A stretch of 59,268 nt of DNA from Patescibacteria group bacterium (GCA_022574775.1 JACZRI010000004.1:1-59268), one strand, 5' to 3'. Numbered from the stretch's first letter, positions 1-8,714 are shown. A program made the numbers and translations. The notes: generated by a model from the letters alone, not told the origin.

Positions 1-6
1 ACATGC

Positions 7-426
7 TTGCGGAGGAGAAAGGCGATGCCGTATCACACCTATCGGCCCGATCTCATGGGTTATGCCGAGATTGACCCCAAAGGCCGCTTTGAGGCAGGCT
101 CTTGGGGTAGCTTCACGCTGACATATACCTGTGGCAAGTTTGGTATTGACGAGTGGGGCACTCTCAAGATTGCCTTCCGCCCGCTGACGGATATGACAAG
201 GCTTCAGCTTGACGACCCCAAAGCGCCGGGCTATACAACGGTTGAAACCTCCACGGGGATTCCGCTTACCTGCGCATATGAGTTGCGACGCAACATTCTC
301 TGGACAAAGTGTCTCTACATCCGTTGCGATGGCCTCCTCAGGCAGGGCGACCAGATTATCGTGCGCATTGGCAACCGGGATGAGGGCTCGCCCAGCGTGC
401 GCTGTCCTTCGCCAATACTCATCTGA
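7..426 (+). CDS. hypothetical protein fragment in the high-GC head of the window
   Basis: 139-aa ORF with non-repetitive, protein-like sequence. It lies in 1..~760, where three long ORFs overlap on both strands (typical of high-GC DNA), so the frame and reality are uncertain. Confidence 0.3.
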   Translation: MRRRKAMPYHTYRPDLMGYAEIDPKGRFEAGSWGSFTLTYTCGKFGIDEWGTLKIAFRPLTDMTRLQLDDPKAPGYTTVETSTGIPLTCAYELRRNILWTKCLYIRCDGLLRQGDQIIVRIGNRDEGSPSVRCPSPILI

Positions 427-643
427 GCCATGGTCCGCTCGATCACGACGACCTCGATCAGGTCCGTCGGTCCGACCTGGGCCTCGACGACGACGGAGAA
501 CTGGTCGAGGGCGTCGCACGGGACCTTCCTGGCACCGATCAGCAGGCCACGGACACAGCTCACCGTGACGGCATCTCCCCGCCGCCATCCGCTCGACCCC
601 GGAGCAGCGAAGCCGACTACGCCGCGTCGCGCCACTCGTATCG

Positions 644-1639
644 ATGATGGAGGCCGCCGACTCGCGGGAGGGCTACGACCTTGGCGCGGAGGGAGGGTTT
701 CGGCGTCACCGCTCGCGAGATGGGCGTGTCCTTGCCCAGCCCAAGATGCGTTCGGTCCTCGTGATGATAGACCATTTCTTGCTTCAGGTTTTAAACGCAA
801 TATTTCTCGCATTCACCTTTGGCCAGATTGGCTTCTTAGGCCACGATGCTGGTCACCGACAGATTTTCAATATAGTTCGGAGGAACGATTTCCTTGGGCT
901 CTTTGTAAACTTTCTTCTCGGAATAAGCCGGAGCTGGTGGGTTGATCAACATAACGAGCACCACGCAAGTCCCAATGTTCTTGAAAAGGATCCTCATACC
1001 AATATTCCCATTATTGCGTTTGATCAAGGGCAGGCAATAGAAAAGACAAGATTTCTTCAGACCATCATTTAATACCAGGCATTTTATTTTGTCCCGTTGC
1101 TCTTACTTGAGGGAATTGGCATCAGACTTACGAGCATCCAATTCCTGCGCAAGGGAGACAATGTAAAATATCCCAAGATTGAACCGATTCTCATGCTTGC
1201 GCACTTTGTAGTGTATGCGGGATTGGTGTTTTTCTTCATGAATGTCTGGCAAGGGATTCTCTTCATTACTATTCATCAAGCAATGTTTGGCCTTTACCTC
1301 GGATCGGTATTTGCCCCGAACCACAAAGGCATGCTTATTCCTGATGAGACTGTTCAACGTGACTTCCTGCTTCTCCAAGTGCTCACTGCCCGAAATCTCA
1401 GGGGCAACCCAATTATCGACTTCGTATACGGGGGGCTTGGCTATCAGATTGAGCATCACCTCTTCACGAGTATGCCGCGAAATAACCTGAGAAAAGCACA
1501 AAAGATTGTCAGAGCATTCTGTTGGGAGCGTTCTATACCCTATCAAGAATCTACGTTTATCCAATCCTGGCGCGAGATTCTTAGCTCTTTGCATAATGCT
1601 GGTACTCAGCTGCCTCAGGGGATTTCCCAGGAAGCATAA
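644..1639 (+). pseudogene. membrane fatty-acid desaturase, N-terminally truncated and interrupted by an in-frame TAA
   Basis: His boxes HDAGH and HNEHH are in ORF 644..1072; QIEHHLF is in ORF 1097..1639. Both ORFs share one frame and are separated only by TAA at 1070-1072 (..LQTII*YQAFYFVP..). AT-rich desaturase sequence starts only ~764 (MIDHFLLQ..), one TM helix before box 1. Upstream codons are high-GC filler. Confidence 0.7.
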
Positions 1640-1662
1640 TATCCTATTCTTTCTTAATGAAC

Positions 1663-1690
1663 AAACCGCTCCATTCGAGCGGTTTTATAT
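1663..1690 (+). terminator. intrinsic terminator after the desaturase
   Basis: AAACCGCTC-cattc-GAGCGGTTT hairpin followed by a T-rich run. Confidence 0.6.
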
Positions 1691-1771
1691 TTGAAAATTC
1701 AGGGGAAAAGAGTAAAATGAAGAGTGGTTGAGAAACTAAACAAAAGGTTAAAAAGATAAATAATTTGAATA

Positions 1772-1972
1772 ATGATTGCTCTAATTCTTATTTTTCTTTC
1801 CATAGCTATAATTGTATTCAGCTTAATATCGGCGATAATCATTTTCTATCATTTCAAAAGATTTGCTTTATCTGCTGACCAAAATGTGAAAAAAATTTTG
1901 AATGTTTTTAAATTTGGAATAATAATCCTTATTCTTCTCAACCTTTTCTTTTTAATTCTGACTCTTTTTTAA
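1772..1972 (+). CDS. small two-TM membrane protein
   Basis: 66-aa ORF, almost entirely hydrophobic (two predicted helices), tightly followed by the next ORF. Confidence 0.4.
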   Translation: MIALILIFLSIAIIVFSLISAIIIFYHFKRFALSADQNVKKILNVFKFGIIILILLNLFFLILTLF

Positions 1973-1975
1973 ACA

Positions 1976-2539
1976 ATGATTACTTTAAGAAAAAATGAAA
2001 AAATCTATCTGATTAAAAGGCGCCACCCGATTGTTTTGAGACTGGAACTCCTTCCCGAAGTTTTCATTTTTTTCGCAATCTTGGTTTTAATGACCTTCCT
2101 TTTATTTATGCCCTTGCCGTCTTTGCCGGAATGGGTGATAGAATTTGCGCCTTCTCTCTTGGAATTTGAAATTCGCGGGCTCTTGTTGTTCTCTCTTTCC
2201 TTTTTGCTTTTAATTTTTTGGCAAGTCATTTGGTTAACTATTACCAATTATTATTTAGATTCTTGGATTATTACCAATAAGAGAACTATTCATACCGAAC
2301 TCAGGGGTTTATTTAGCCGAATTGTATCAAGTGTTCCTCACGATCGAATTCAAGATATCACAATTGATGTTCATGGAATTTTGCCAACAGTCCTTCATTT
2401 TGGCGATCTCCATATTCAGACCGCAGGAGAATTCAGAGAATTTATTTTTCGCCAGATTCCTGATCCATATAAGACAAAAGAAGTTATTTTTGAAGCCCGA
2501 AGAGAATTTCTAAAAGCTCTTAAAAAAGAGGATGCTTGA
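1976..2539 (+). CDS. membrane protein with bacterial PH domain (bPH_2 / YdbT-like)
   Basis: N-terminal TM hairpin followed by ..YYLDSWIITNKRTIH..DITIDVHGIL..GDLHIQTAG.., the typical bPH_2 (DUF304) pattern. Confidence 0.6.
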   Translation: MITLRKNEKIYLIKRRHPIVLRLELLPEVFIFFAILVLMTFLLFMPLPSLPEWVIEFAPSLLEFEIRGLLLFSLSFLLLIFWQVIWLTITNYYLDSWIITNKRTIHTELRGLFSRIVSSVPHDRIQDITIDVHGILPTVLHFGDLHIQTAGEFREFIFRQIPDPYKTKEVIFEARREFLKALKKEDA

Positions 2540-2755
2540 TAGTTATAATCCCCGCTTTCCTAAAGTTACCCAGCTCTGCAGGGTTTTTTTACTTGAAAAT
2601 TCAGGAGAAAATGCTTGCCAAGTCTGAGTTGGCTTGCCTTAAGTTTACTGAAGGGGTAAAATAAAACAAATATCCAAACAAAGAAATGGATATCCAGAGA
2701 TGTTCAAAAGGTCGAATTTGTATTATTAACATAATAAATCAAATTCACAATTTTC

Positions 2756-3058
2756 ATGACAACAAAGAGTGGGATAATAATTTTCGCGGTTGTCGCAACA
2801 GTGATTGCTGCTATTTTTGTCTATTACGCATTTCTACTGCCAGAAGAGCCACTTGTGAGTCCAGCACCTACTAAAACTCCAGAAATTGTTTCACCTCCTG
2901 TAACCGGAAACATAGACGATGTTATAGACGCTTTACTGAAAGAATTATCTGATGAGGAGTCAGTGTTTATTGCAGAAGAAGGCGATACCGTATTGGTAAC
3001 TGGCGACAGTCAAGAGGTTGGTGATTTTGGTCAATCCATCAATGAAAGCGAGTTTTAG
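2756..3058 (+). CDS. TM-anchored acidic hypothetical protein
   Basis: 100-aa ORF with an N-terminal hydrophobic anchor (IIIFAVVATVIAAIFVYYAF) and an acidic tail. Confidence 0.4.
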   Translation: MTTKSGIIIFAVVATVIAAIFVYYAFLLPEEPLVSPAPTKTPEIVSPPVTGNIDDVIDALLKELSDEESVFIAEEGDTVLVTGDSQEVGDFGQSINESEF

Positions 3059-3812
3059 AAAAATATTTACCATTGGGTTGGGAGCTGTAGTAATAGCGAG
3101 TTTTTTGGTGCCCCTTCTGATTTTAGCTCAAGCTGATAATGCCGATGAGAGGGCAAAAGGTTTCTGTGCAAGGCTTTCAATAACTTCTTCGAGGACTGAC
3201 CAAAGAATTGCCAATCGTGATTCAAAGCTGGAAGCTAAACGTATAGAAATAGCAAATAGAATTGATGTACGTAAAAGCGAACGTGATGCGAGGATTTTAG
3301 AGAAACGTGCGAAATGGGATGCCAATCGCGCAGAGCACTTTGCAAAGTTAGATGCACGAGCACAGACTGATGAACAAAAACAGGCGGTAGTGGCGTTTAA
3401 GGAAACAGTGACAGCTGAAATAGCAGCCCGTCGAGCAGCAGTCAACACTGCAATCCAAGATTTTCGTCAAGGCGTCAGTCAAGCGATTGCCTCGCGAAAA
3501 TCATCTGCCGATGCAGTAATCAGCGTCTTTCGGAATTCCGTTCAAGCAGCTTTTGAAAAAGCTAACTCTGATTGTGATAACGGCGTTGACCAAAGAACCG
3601 TTCGAGAGAATTTGCGTGCAGACCTTAGTGCAGCTCGAGAAACGCTTGCAAGCGATCGGCAAAACATTGAAAAGCTAAAGATTTCCATGGAATCACTTAT
3701 TATTGCTAAAAGAGAAGCAGTTAAAGCAGCGATTGAAGATTTTAAAGCAGCTATCGAACAAGCCAGAGCCGATTTTAAAACTGCATTACCTCAAGAGTTT
3801 CCTGAAGAGTAA
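3042..3812 (+). CDS. secreted coiled-coil protein, Ala/Arg/Glu-rich (apolipoprotein-like)
   Basis: Signal-like start MKASFRKIFTIGLGAVVIASFLVPLLILAQA (ATG at 3042 inside track ORF 3018..3812), then a long helical, charged repeat-like sequence. Confidence 0.5.
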   Translation: MKASFRKIFTIGLGAVVIASFLVPLLILAQADNADERAKGFCARLSITSSRTDQRIANRDSKLEAKRIEIANRIDVRKSERDARILEKRAKWDANRAEHFAKLDARAQTDEQKQAVVAFKETVTAEIAARRAAVNTAIQDFRQGVSQAIASRKSSADAVISVFRNSVQAAFEKANSDCDNGVDQRTVRENLRADLSAARETLASDRQNIEKLKISMESLIIAKREAVKAAIEDFKAAIEQARADFKTALPQEFPEE

Positions 3813-3840
3813 GAGAAATTAGCAAGGTCGGGGTCAAATC

Positions 3841-3868
3841 AAAAAATCGCCCTCTTGGCGATTTTTTG
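3841..3868 (+). terminator. T-hairpin terminator, plus-strand copy (AATCGCC-ctctt-GGCGATTTTTT)
   Basis: Perfect 7-bp stem flanked by A6 and T6. Same stem sequence as the minus-strand T-hairpin family. Confidence 0.7.
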
Positions 3869-3959
3869 TTTGTCCTCCAAAACCGAGCACCGAGCACATA
3901 ACATTTTAATATGCTCGGTGCTTCGGCTAGAATGGCTTGCTCTAAATTTGTCGAGAAGT

Positions 3960-3971
3960 TAGGATAAGGTA
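3960..3971 (+). promoter_or_regulatory. -10-like TAGGAT placed 6 nt before the ATG (leaderless-type start)
   Basis: TAGGAT at 3960-3965, spacer AAGGTA, ATG at 3972. No Shine-Dalgarno. Confidence 0.4.
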
Positions 3972-4817
3972 ATGCGTACAAAAATAATCTATTCTGAGAA
4001 GTGTTTGGAATATGGAAAATCTCACATTGAGAGCCCAGAAAGAGTTGAAATTGCAGCTCAAGTTCTAAAAGAAAAAGGGTATGAGTTTTTGGAGCCAGAG
4101 CCAGTCTCTGAGAAAGTTTTGCTTTCAGTTCACGAGGCAAATTACATTGAAAAACTCAAAAAAGGGCTCATTGAAGATCACGAGACTCCAGCTTATAAAA
4201 ATATTTATGAATTAGCCAGATTATCTGCAGGAGGAGCTGTTTTGGCCGCAAAAGTCAAAGGATTTTCTTTAATGAGGCCTCCTGGGCATCATGCTGGAAA
4301 ATCAGGTCTTGCTCTCTCTGTCCAAACGAGAGGGTTTTGCTATCTCAATAGTATAGCTATAGCTGTAAAATTTCTCAGAAAGCAAACTCTCATTTTAGAT
4401 ATAGATGGACATCACGGAAATGGAACTGAAGAAATTTTCTTTGGAGATAAAAAGGTAACCTATCTCTCTTTGCATAGATTTCCCGATTATCCCGGCACAG
4501 GCTTTGAATCGAGGGAAAATTGTTTTAATATTCCCCTTCCAGCTGATTGCGGAGAGAAAGTATATTTAAAAGCTTTTGATGATGTTTTCAGGAAAATTGA
4601 TGTAAGTAAAATAGAAGTCATTGCGGTTTCAACAGGCCTTGATACTCATCAGGGAGACTTGGCTTCTCTTGCGCTGACCGGAAAAACCTACAGGAAAATA
4701 GGAGAACAGCTTGCAAAATTTAAAAAACAAACCTTTTTTGTTTTAGAAGGAGGCTATGTTGGCCGAGATGTCGGTAAAGATATTGATGAATTGCTAAAAG
4801 GATTTGAGAGAGCTTAA
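3972..4817 (+). CDS. histone deacetylase / acetoin-utilisation family deacetylase
   Basis: Motifs RPPGHHA and DIDGHHGNGTEEIF, typical of the Zn-dependent HDAC/AcuC family. Confidence 0.8.
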   Translation: MRTKIIYSEKCLEYGKSHIESPERVEIAAQVLKEKGYEFLEPEPVSEKVLLSVHEANYIEKLKKGLIEDHETPAYKNIYELARLSAGGAVLAAKVKGFSLMRPPGHHAGKSGLALSVQTRGFCYLNSIAIAVKFLRKQTLILDIDGHHGNGTEEIFFGDKKVTYLSLHRFPDYPGTGFESRENCFNIPLPADCGEKVYLKAFDDVFRKIDVSKIEVIAVSTGLDTHQGDLASLALTGKTYRKIGEQLAKFKKQTFFVLEGGYVGRDVGKDIDELLKGFERA

Positions 4818-4928
4818 ATTTTTATTTTCTGGTAGGATTAAGGATATAGGTGCCAAAGCTGAAGAAGAGAAGTAACTATTCCAATATTCTTGAGAATGTG
4901 AGAGTATTAATAATGAAAAAATAAAATT

Positions 4929-5219
4929 GTGGAGAAACTTGAAATTAAAAAAGAGAAGGAAATGAAAAATGGATGGAAGTTTTTGGTTGAGGTCGGTGAT
5001 GATAAGGATAAAATTGAGTATTCGGTGACTTTTGATAAAGATTACTGGGAGAAACTGACAGATAGCCGGCACGTACCGGAGGAAGTGGTAAGAAAATCGT
5101 TTGAATTTTTACTTCAACGGGAGCCGAAAGAGTCTATTTTGAGAGAGTTTAATTTAAAGGTGATTAGTAATTATTTTCCAGAATACGAAAAAGAAATTGG
5201 AAAACTTCTTCCAAAATAA
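4929..5219 (+). CDS. hypothetical protein
   Basis: 96-aa charged ORF. The start is uncertain: GTG at 4929 or ATG at 4962. Confidence 0.35.
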   Translation: MEKLEIKKEKEMKNGWKFLVEVGDDKDKIEYSVTFDKDYWEKLTDSRHVPEEVVRKSFEFLLQREPKESILREFNLKVISNYFPEYEKEIGKLLPK

Positions 5220-5313
5220 ACTTTGTGTATCAGGAGAATTTTTTTGAAAATAAAAACAGAGTAGAGATAGTAGAAAATGGTCGAGCAATTAATTAAGAGT
5301 TAAAGTAAAAAAT

Positions 5314-5493
5314 ATGACACATTATATTTGTACTGGTGGATGTAAAGGTGTTGCTGACAATCCCGGCGTTTGCCAAGCGCAAGATTGTCCCAAAAATAAT
5401 CAATCACTCAAAGAATGCAACTGTACCGATGGTGAACACGGCGGCGCTTTTGAAAAAGAAGATGATCCGTCGCAAGCTGAAGCTGAAAAATAA
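5314..5493 (+). CDS. small Cys-rich (putative metal-binding) protein, 59 aa
   Basis: Below the ORF-track cutoff. Translation: MTHYICTGGCKGVADNPGVCQAQDCPKNNQSLKECNCTDGEHGGAFEKEDDPSQAEAEK. It has a regular Cys pattern and a T-hairpin terminator directly downstream. Track ORF 5336..5521 is the out-of-frame shadow. Confidence 0.55.
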   Translation: MTHYICTGGCKGVADNPGVCQAQDCPKNNQSLKECNCTDGEHGGAFEKEDDPSQAEAEK

Positions 5494-5506
5494 TCAACCG
5501 TCATGC

Positions 5507-5533
5507 AAAAAATCGCCATAACGGCGATTTTTT
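5507..5533 (+). terminator. T-hairpin terminator, plus-strand copy (AATCGCC-ataac-GGCGATTTTTT)
   Basis: 7-bp stem plus a T6 run, 14 nt after the stop of the 59-aa ORF. Confidence 0.7.
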
Positions 5534-5548
5534 GGTAGGATAGATAAG
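5533..5548 (+). promoter_or_regulatory. extended -10 (TGGTAGGAT) fused to the terminator T-tract, 7 nt before the ATG
   Basis: Sequence is ..GGCGATTTTTTGGTAGGATagataagATG. TAGGAT lies at 5536-5541 and the ATG at 5549. No SD. Confidence 0.45.
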
Positions 5549-6421
5549 ATGAAATATCTTAAATATATTTTGGTTTTCGTTGTTATTTTGGGATTTTTTT
5601 ATTTTTTCCAGGCTGATATTCTACGGCTTTTTACTCAGTTCTCAAATCTTGAAGAGATAGTTCAAAAAGTACCTTCAGAACTCGCAATTGAGAAAATTAG
5701 TAAAGATATTTCCTCTCCTCCCCCGCTTCGCGCGACCAAAGAATCTTCAGAGTCTTTTCTCACCGGTTCTGGAATAATCATATGGACCAATATTCAAAGA
5801 AATGCGCAAGGATTCTTACCTTTATCAGAAAATGAGCAGCTTCATACAGTAGCTGTTCTTAAGGCGCAAGATATGTTTGAAAAACAATATTTTGGCCATG
5901 TTTCGCTTTCTGGCGCGGATGTTGGAGATTTAGCTGAGATTGCAGGATACAAATTTCTTGCCATTGGTGAAAATTTAGCACTTGGTAATTTTGAGGATAA
6001 TCAAACAGTGGTGCAAGGATGGATGGATAGCCCGGGACACAAGGCTAATATCCTGAGTCTCCGCTATACAGAAGTAGGGGTAGCTGCCACTCGAGGTATT
6101 TTTGAGGGTAAATCCACCTGGATTGTAGTTCAAGAGTTTGGTCTTCCTCTTTCTGTCTGTTTAGAGCCGCAGGAATCCTTAAGATTACAAATTGAGGGAA
6201 GCGTGACTCAACTTCAAGAGCTTGAGAGAGAATTGATAGCAAAACAAAGAGAACTAAAGCTAATGCGTCCTAAATTTGGACCAAAATATAACAGAAAAAT
6301 AGATGACTACAATGCCTTAGTTGTTCAATACAATAGTTTTTCTAACACGACTAAGGAGCTTCTTCTTAGATATAATAATCAAGTCAAGAAGTTTAATGCG
6401 TGTGTTTTAGATAGAGTGTAA
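5549..6421 (+). CDS. secreted CAP/SCP (YkwD-like) domain protein with C-terminal coiled coil
   Basis: N-terminal TM/signal, then ..YFGHVS..IGENLA..VQGWMDSPGHKANIL..YTEVGVA.., the CAP-domain signature. Confidence 0.75.
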   Translation: MKYLKYILVFVVILGFFYFFQADILRLFTQFSNLEEIVQKVPSELAIEKISKDISSPPPLRATKESSESFLTGSGIIIWTNIQRNAQGFLPLSENEQLHTVAVLKAQDMFEKQYFGHVSLSGADVGDLAEIAGYKFLAIGENLALGNFEDNQTVVQGWMDSPGHKANILSLRYTEVGVAATRGIFEGKSTWIVVQEFGLPLSVCLEPQESLRLQIEGSVTQLQELERELIAKQRELKLMRPKFGPKYNRKIDDYNALVVQYNSFSNTTKELLLRYNNQVKKFNACVLDRV

Positions 6422-6441
6422 AAAAGAAGAAAATTAGATAT

Positions 6442-6735
6442 ATGAAATTTAATGTGACGAGGGCAAAAGAAAATATTTTGGCTTTGGCGAGGAAATTGGG
6501 ATATAGGCCACTTTCAAAAACCGAGGAAGAATTCACTTGCGTGAGATTTTTAGCTTCCAGTGAATATCCTCGTTTCCATCTTTACATAAAAGAGAATAAA
6601 GATGAGCTTCTTTTCAATTTACACTTGGATCAGAAAAAGCCGACTTATGCAGGAAGTAAGGCTCATAGTGGAGAATACACGGGAGCGGCAGTTGAAAGAG
6701 AGGCAGAAAGAATAAAAAAGATTCTTGAGAGTTAA
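6442..6735 (+). CDS. hypothetical protein
   Basis: 97-aa ORF, compact spacing, no recognisable motif. Confidence 0.4.
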   Translation: MKFNVTRAKENILALARKLGYRPLSKTEEEFTCVRFLASSEYPRFHLYIKENKDELLFNLHLDQKKPTYAGSKAHSGEYTGAAVEREAERIKKILES

Positions 6736-6779
6736 ATTAACCATCCTTCGCTAAAGCTACGGACTGGCATGTAAAAATT

Positions 6780-7514
6780 ATGAAAAAAGAAGGAAAAAAA
6801 GAATTAGATTCTACTTTTGACGATAGTATGTTTGAAGAAGAAGAAGAGATTGAAAAGAAAAAGCCTGATCCAATTTGGAAAACCTTACTCATTACAAGTG
6901 TTGTCCTTATGGTGATCGGGGGTTTAATTTGGCTGTCTGGTGGATACCAGGCTTTTTTATATCGAAAAACCCCGCCAATAAAAGAAAAAGAGTTTCAAAG
7001 CATACTTGAGGCAGAAAAGATCGTAGTACCACTTAATATCATTGTTTTTCAAAATGAGGGCAATTTGGGAAGCCAAAGGGATAAAGCCAACATTAGACAA
7101 CTTATTGACAACGCTTCCCGTATTTGGGCCCAGGCCGATATTACTCTTTCGATTCAGGCTATTCATTCAATTGTGGCGACAGATGATACTATTTCTCGAT
7201 TTTTCAGAACACCTAATCTTTTAGCAAGAGATATTCCTCAATTTGAACTCACAGTTTTTAATTTGTTTTTGGTAGGAAATCTTGGTGGTATAAATGGCAT
7301 TGCTTTTGGTGGTATCAACAGTTTAGCTGTTGCTGATTATACGACCGTGCATGATTTTCGCGTCACAGCCCATGAAATAGGCCATCTTCTCTCGCTTTCT
7401 CATACGGAGGAGGTAAGAAATCGTTTGATGTTCAGAGGGGCAAATGGAACAAAACTCACCGAAGGAGAAGTAATTGCTGCTTATACTACCGCCCTTGAGT
7501 TTTTCGGCGAATAA
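6780..7514 (+). CDS. membrane-anchored putative metzincin-type Zn metalloprotease
   Basis: Acidic N-terminus and one TM helix, with HEIGHLLSLSH (HExxHxxxxxH) near the C-terminus. Confidence 0.5.
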   Translation: MKKEGKKELDSTFDDSMFEEEEEIEKKKPDPIWKTLLITSVVLMVIGGLIWLSGGYQAFLYRKTPPIKEKEFQSILEAEKIVVPLNIIVFQNEGNLGSQRDKANIRQLIDNASRIWAQADITLSIQAIHSIVATDDTISRFFRTPNLLARDIPQFELTVFNLFLVGNLGGINGIAFGGINSLAVADYTTVHDFRVTAHEIGHLLSLSHTEEVRNRLMFRGANGTKLTEGEVIAAYTTALEFFGE

Positions 7515-7524
7515 TTTATTGGCC

Positions 7525-7596
7525 CAATTCAGAGATAAGTCGTCCTATGGTGGCTGCCGCCATGCCTTATTGGTGGGACGGATCTCTAACGAATTG
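7525..7596 (+). other. 72-nt multi-helix imperfect hairpin
   Basis: Nested stems CAATTC/GAATTG, AGAGAT/ATCTCT, TCGTCC/GGGACG(G) and ATGG/CCAT. GC-rich relative to the flanks. Overlaps a TTGACA box. Confidence 0.4.
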
Positions 7597-7654
7597 ACAT
7601 TTTATGGAAAATTACTAAAGTAGAGTTAGTCTGGATAAAAAGGAGGTAACGAGT

Positions 7655-7882
7655 ATGATAGCGCGTACTGTGGGATTGTCAGTTCAAGGGGTTCAGCCTG
7701 AGCTTTGGCTTACCCCTCAACAAAAGCTGAGAGTTCTAAAGAGAGAAGCCCACCGGCTGGGAATATCAAAACAAGCGTTCTCGGAGACCCAGGCGATCGG
7801 GTCCCGCGAGTCCCAAATCCAGGACCAGACAGCCCGGCTTCAGGAATGGATTAATTCCGCCAGAATTAATTCGGACAGATAA
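7655..7882 (+). CDS. 75-aa ORF in a GC-rich structured locus (may instead be part of an ncRNA)
   Basis: Strong SD (AAAGGAGGT, 7 nt spacer). However, GC and GC3 are far above the neighbours and the region is full of stable hairpins. Confidence 0.3.
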   Translation: MIARTVGLSVQGVQPELWLTPQQKLRVLKREAHRLGISKQAFSETQAIGSRESQIQDQTARLQEWINSARINSDR

Positions 7883-7929
7883 CCTTTAAGTTCCGTACCA
7901 GAACAAAGCCCGGTATAGGAGGGCTAAGC

Positions 7930-7975
7930 GCTCCCAGGTAAAGTATTGACGCAATACCTGGGAGCCTTTTATTTT
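7930..7975 (+). terminator. strong intrinsic terminator
   Basis: 11-bp stem GCTCCCAGGTA/TACCTGGGAGC followed by CTTTTATTTT. Confidence 0.75.
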
Positions 7976-7988
7976 GTAGTTGTTTTTG

Positions 7989-8000
7989 TATAATAAAAAC
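7989..8000 (+). promoter_or_regulatory. TATAAT box 6 nt before the ATG (leaderless-type start)
   Basis: TATAAT at 7989-7994, spacer AAAAAC, ATG at 8001. Confidence 0.45.
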
Positions 8001-8714
8001 ATGAATAATAGGAAATATACCCTAAATCGTAATGGTTCAAGGCATATCCAACTTTCACCCACAAGCTTGAATTTATTTTACGATTGTCCTCTTTGTTTTT
8101 GGCTGGAGAAGCGAGAAAAAATCAGGAGACCTCCTCCCTACCCATATGCATTAAACTCAGCCGTAGACATTCTTTTAAAGCAGGAATTCGACAGTTATCG
8201 AGCCAAGGGAAAACTCCACCCATTACTTGTAGAAAATAATATCCAAGCAAAACTTTTTCGTGACCAAAATGAGTTAAATCAATGGCGCAGTAATTTTGAA
8301 GGGATCAGGTTTTTTGATCCTGAGCTTGAAGCCACCCTTTTTGGAGTAGTTGATGATGTTTTGGAGTTTCCAGATGGAAAATTAGCCGTACTTGACTATA
8401 AATCAACCGGGAGTTCAGTTGCCCGTGTATATGATCGTTTTCAGGTACAAATGGATGTTTATAGCTACTTGCTTGAGAAAAATGGATTTTTGACTACAGG
8501 AAAAGGGTACTTAGCTTTTTATATTGTTGATAAAAAGAACGGTTTTGGCGACAGACTGCCTTTCAGAAAAGAACTTCACGAGATAGAGACAGACACTTCT
8601 TATGTCCAGGGACTTTTTGAAGAAGCTGTAACGCTTTTGAGAAAAAGTACACCGCCTGTTCATCACCAAGATTGTAAATTTGGCATATGGTTTGGTCAAG
8701 TAGCTAAGTTTTAG
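8001..8714 (+). CDS. PD-(D/E)XK (RecB/Cas4-like) nuclease family protein
   Basis: N-terminal CPLCFW and central ..VVDDVLEF..GKLAVLDYKS.. (D..D/ExK core), plus QMDVYSYLL and a C-terminal Cys. Start moved to ATG 8001. Confidence 0.6.
   Translation: MNNRKYTLNRNGSRHIQLSPTSLNLFYDCPLCFWLEKREKIRRPPPYPYALNSAVDILLKQEFDSYRAKGKLHPLLVENNIQAKLFRDQNELNQWRSNFEGIRFFDPELEATLFGVVDDVLEFPDGKLAVLDYKSTGSSVARVYDRFQVQMDVYSYLLEKNGFLTTGKGYLAFYIVDKKNGFGDRLPFRKELHEIETDTSYVQGLFEEAVTLLRKSTPPVHHQDCKFGIWFGQVAKF

Noticed and set aside
209-945. ORFs 209..568, 315..812 and 430..945 in the high-GC head
   Set aside because: They are mutually overlapping Arg/Pro/Gly/Ser-rich frames, typical of high-GC shadow ORFs. None shows a recognisable motif.
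5336-5521. 61-aa ORF in the track
   Set aside because: It is out of frame with the better-supported 59-aa Cys-rich ORF (5314..5493) and reads through the terminator hairpin.
7525-7975. RNase P RNA, tmRNA or SRP RNA
   Set aside because: The size is compatible, and there is a weak resemblance of CAGACAGCCCGGCUUC to the RNase P CR-V. However, the following are all absent:
- GGAAAGUCC (CR-I);
- the tmRNA 5' GGGG..UUCGAC, T-arm and CCA;
- the SRP GGAAGCAGCC motif.
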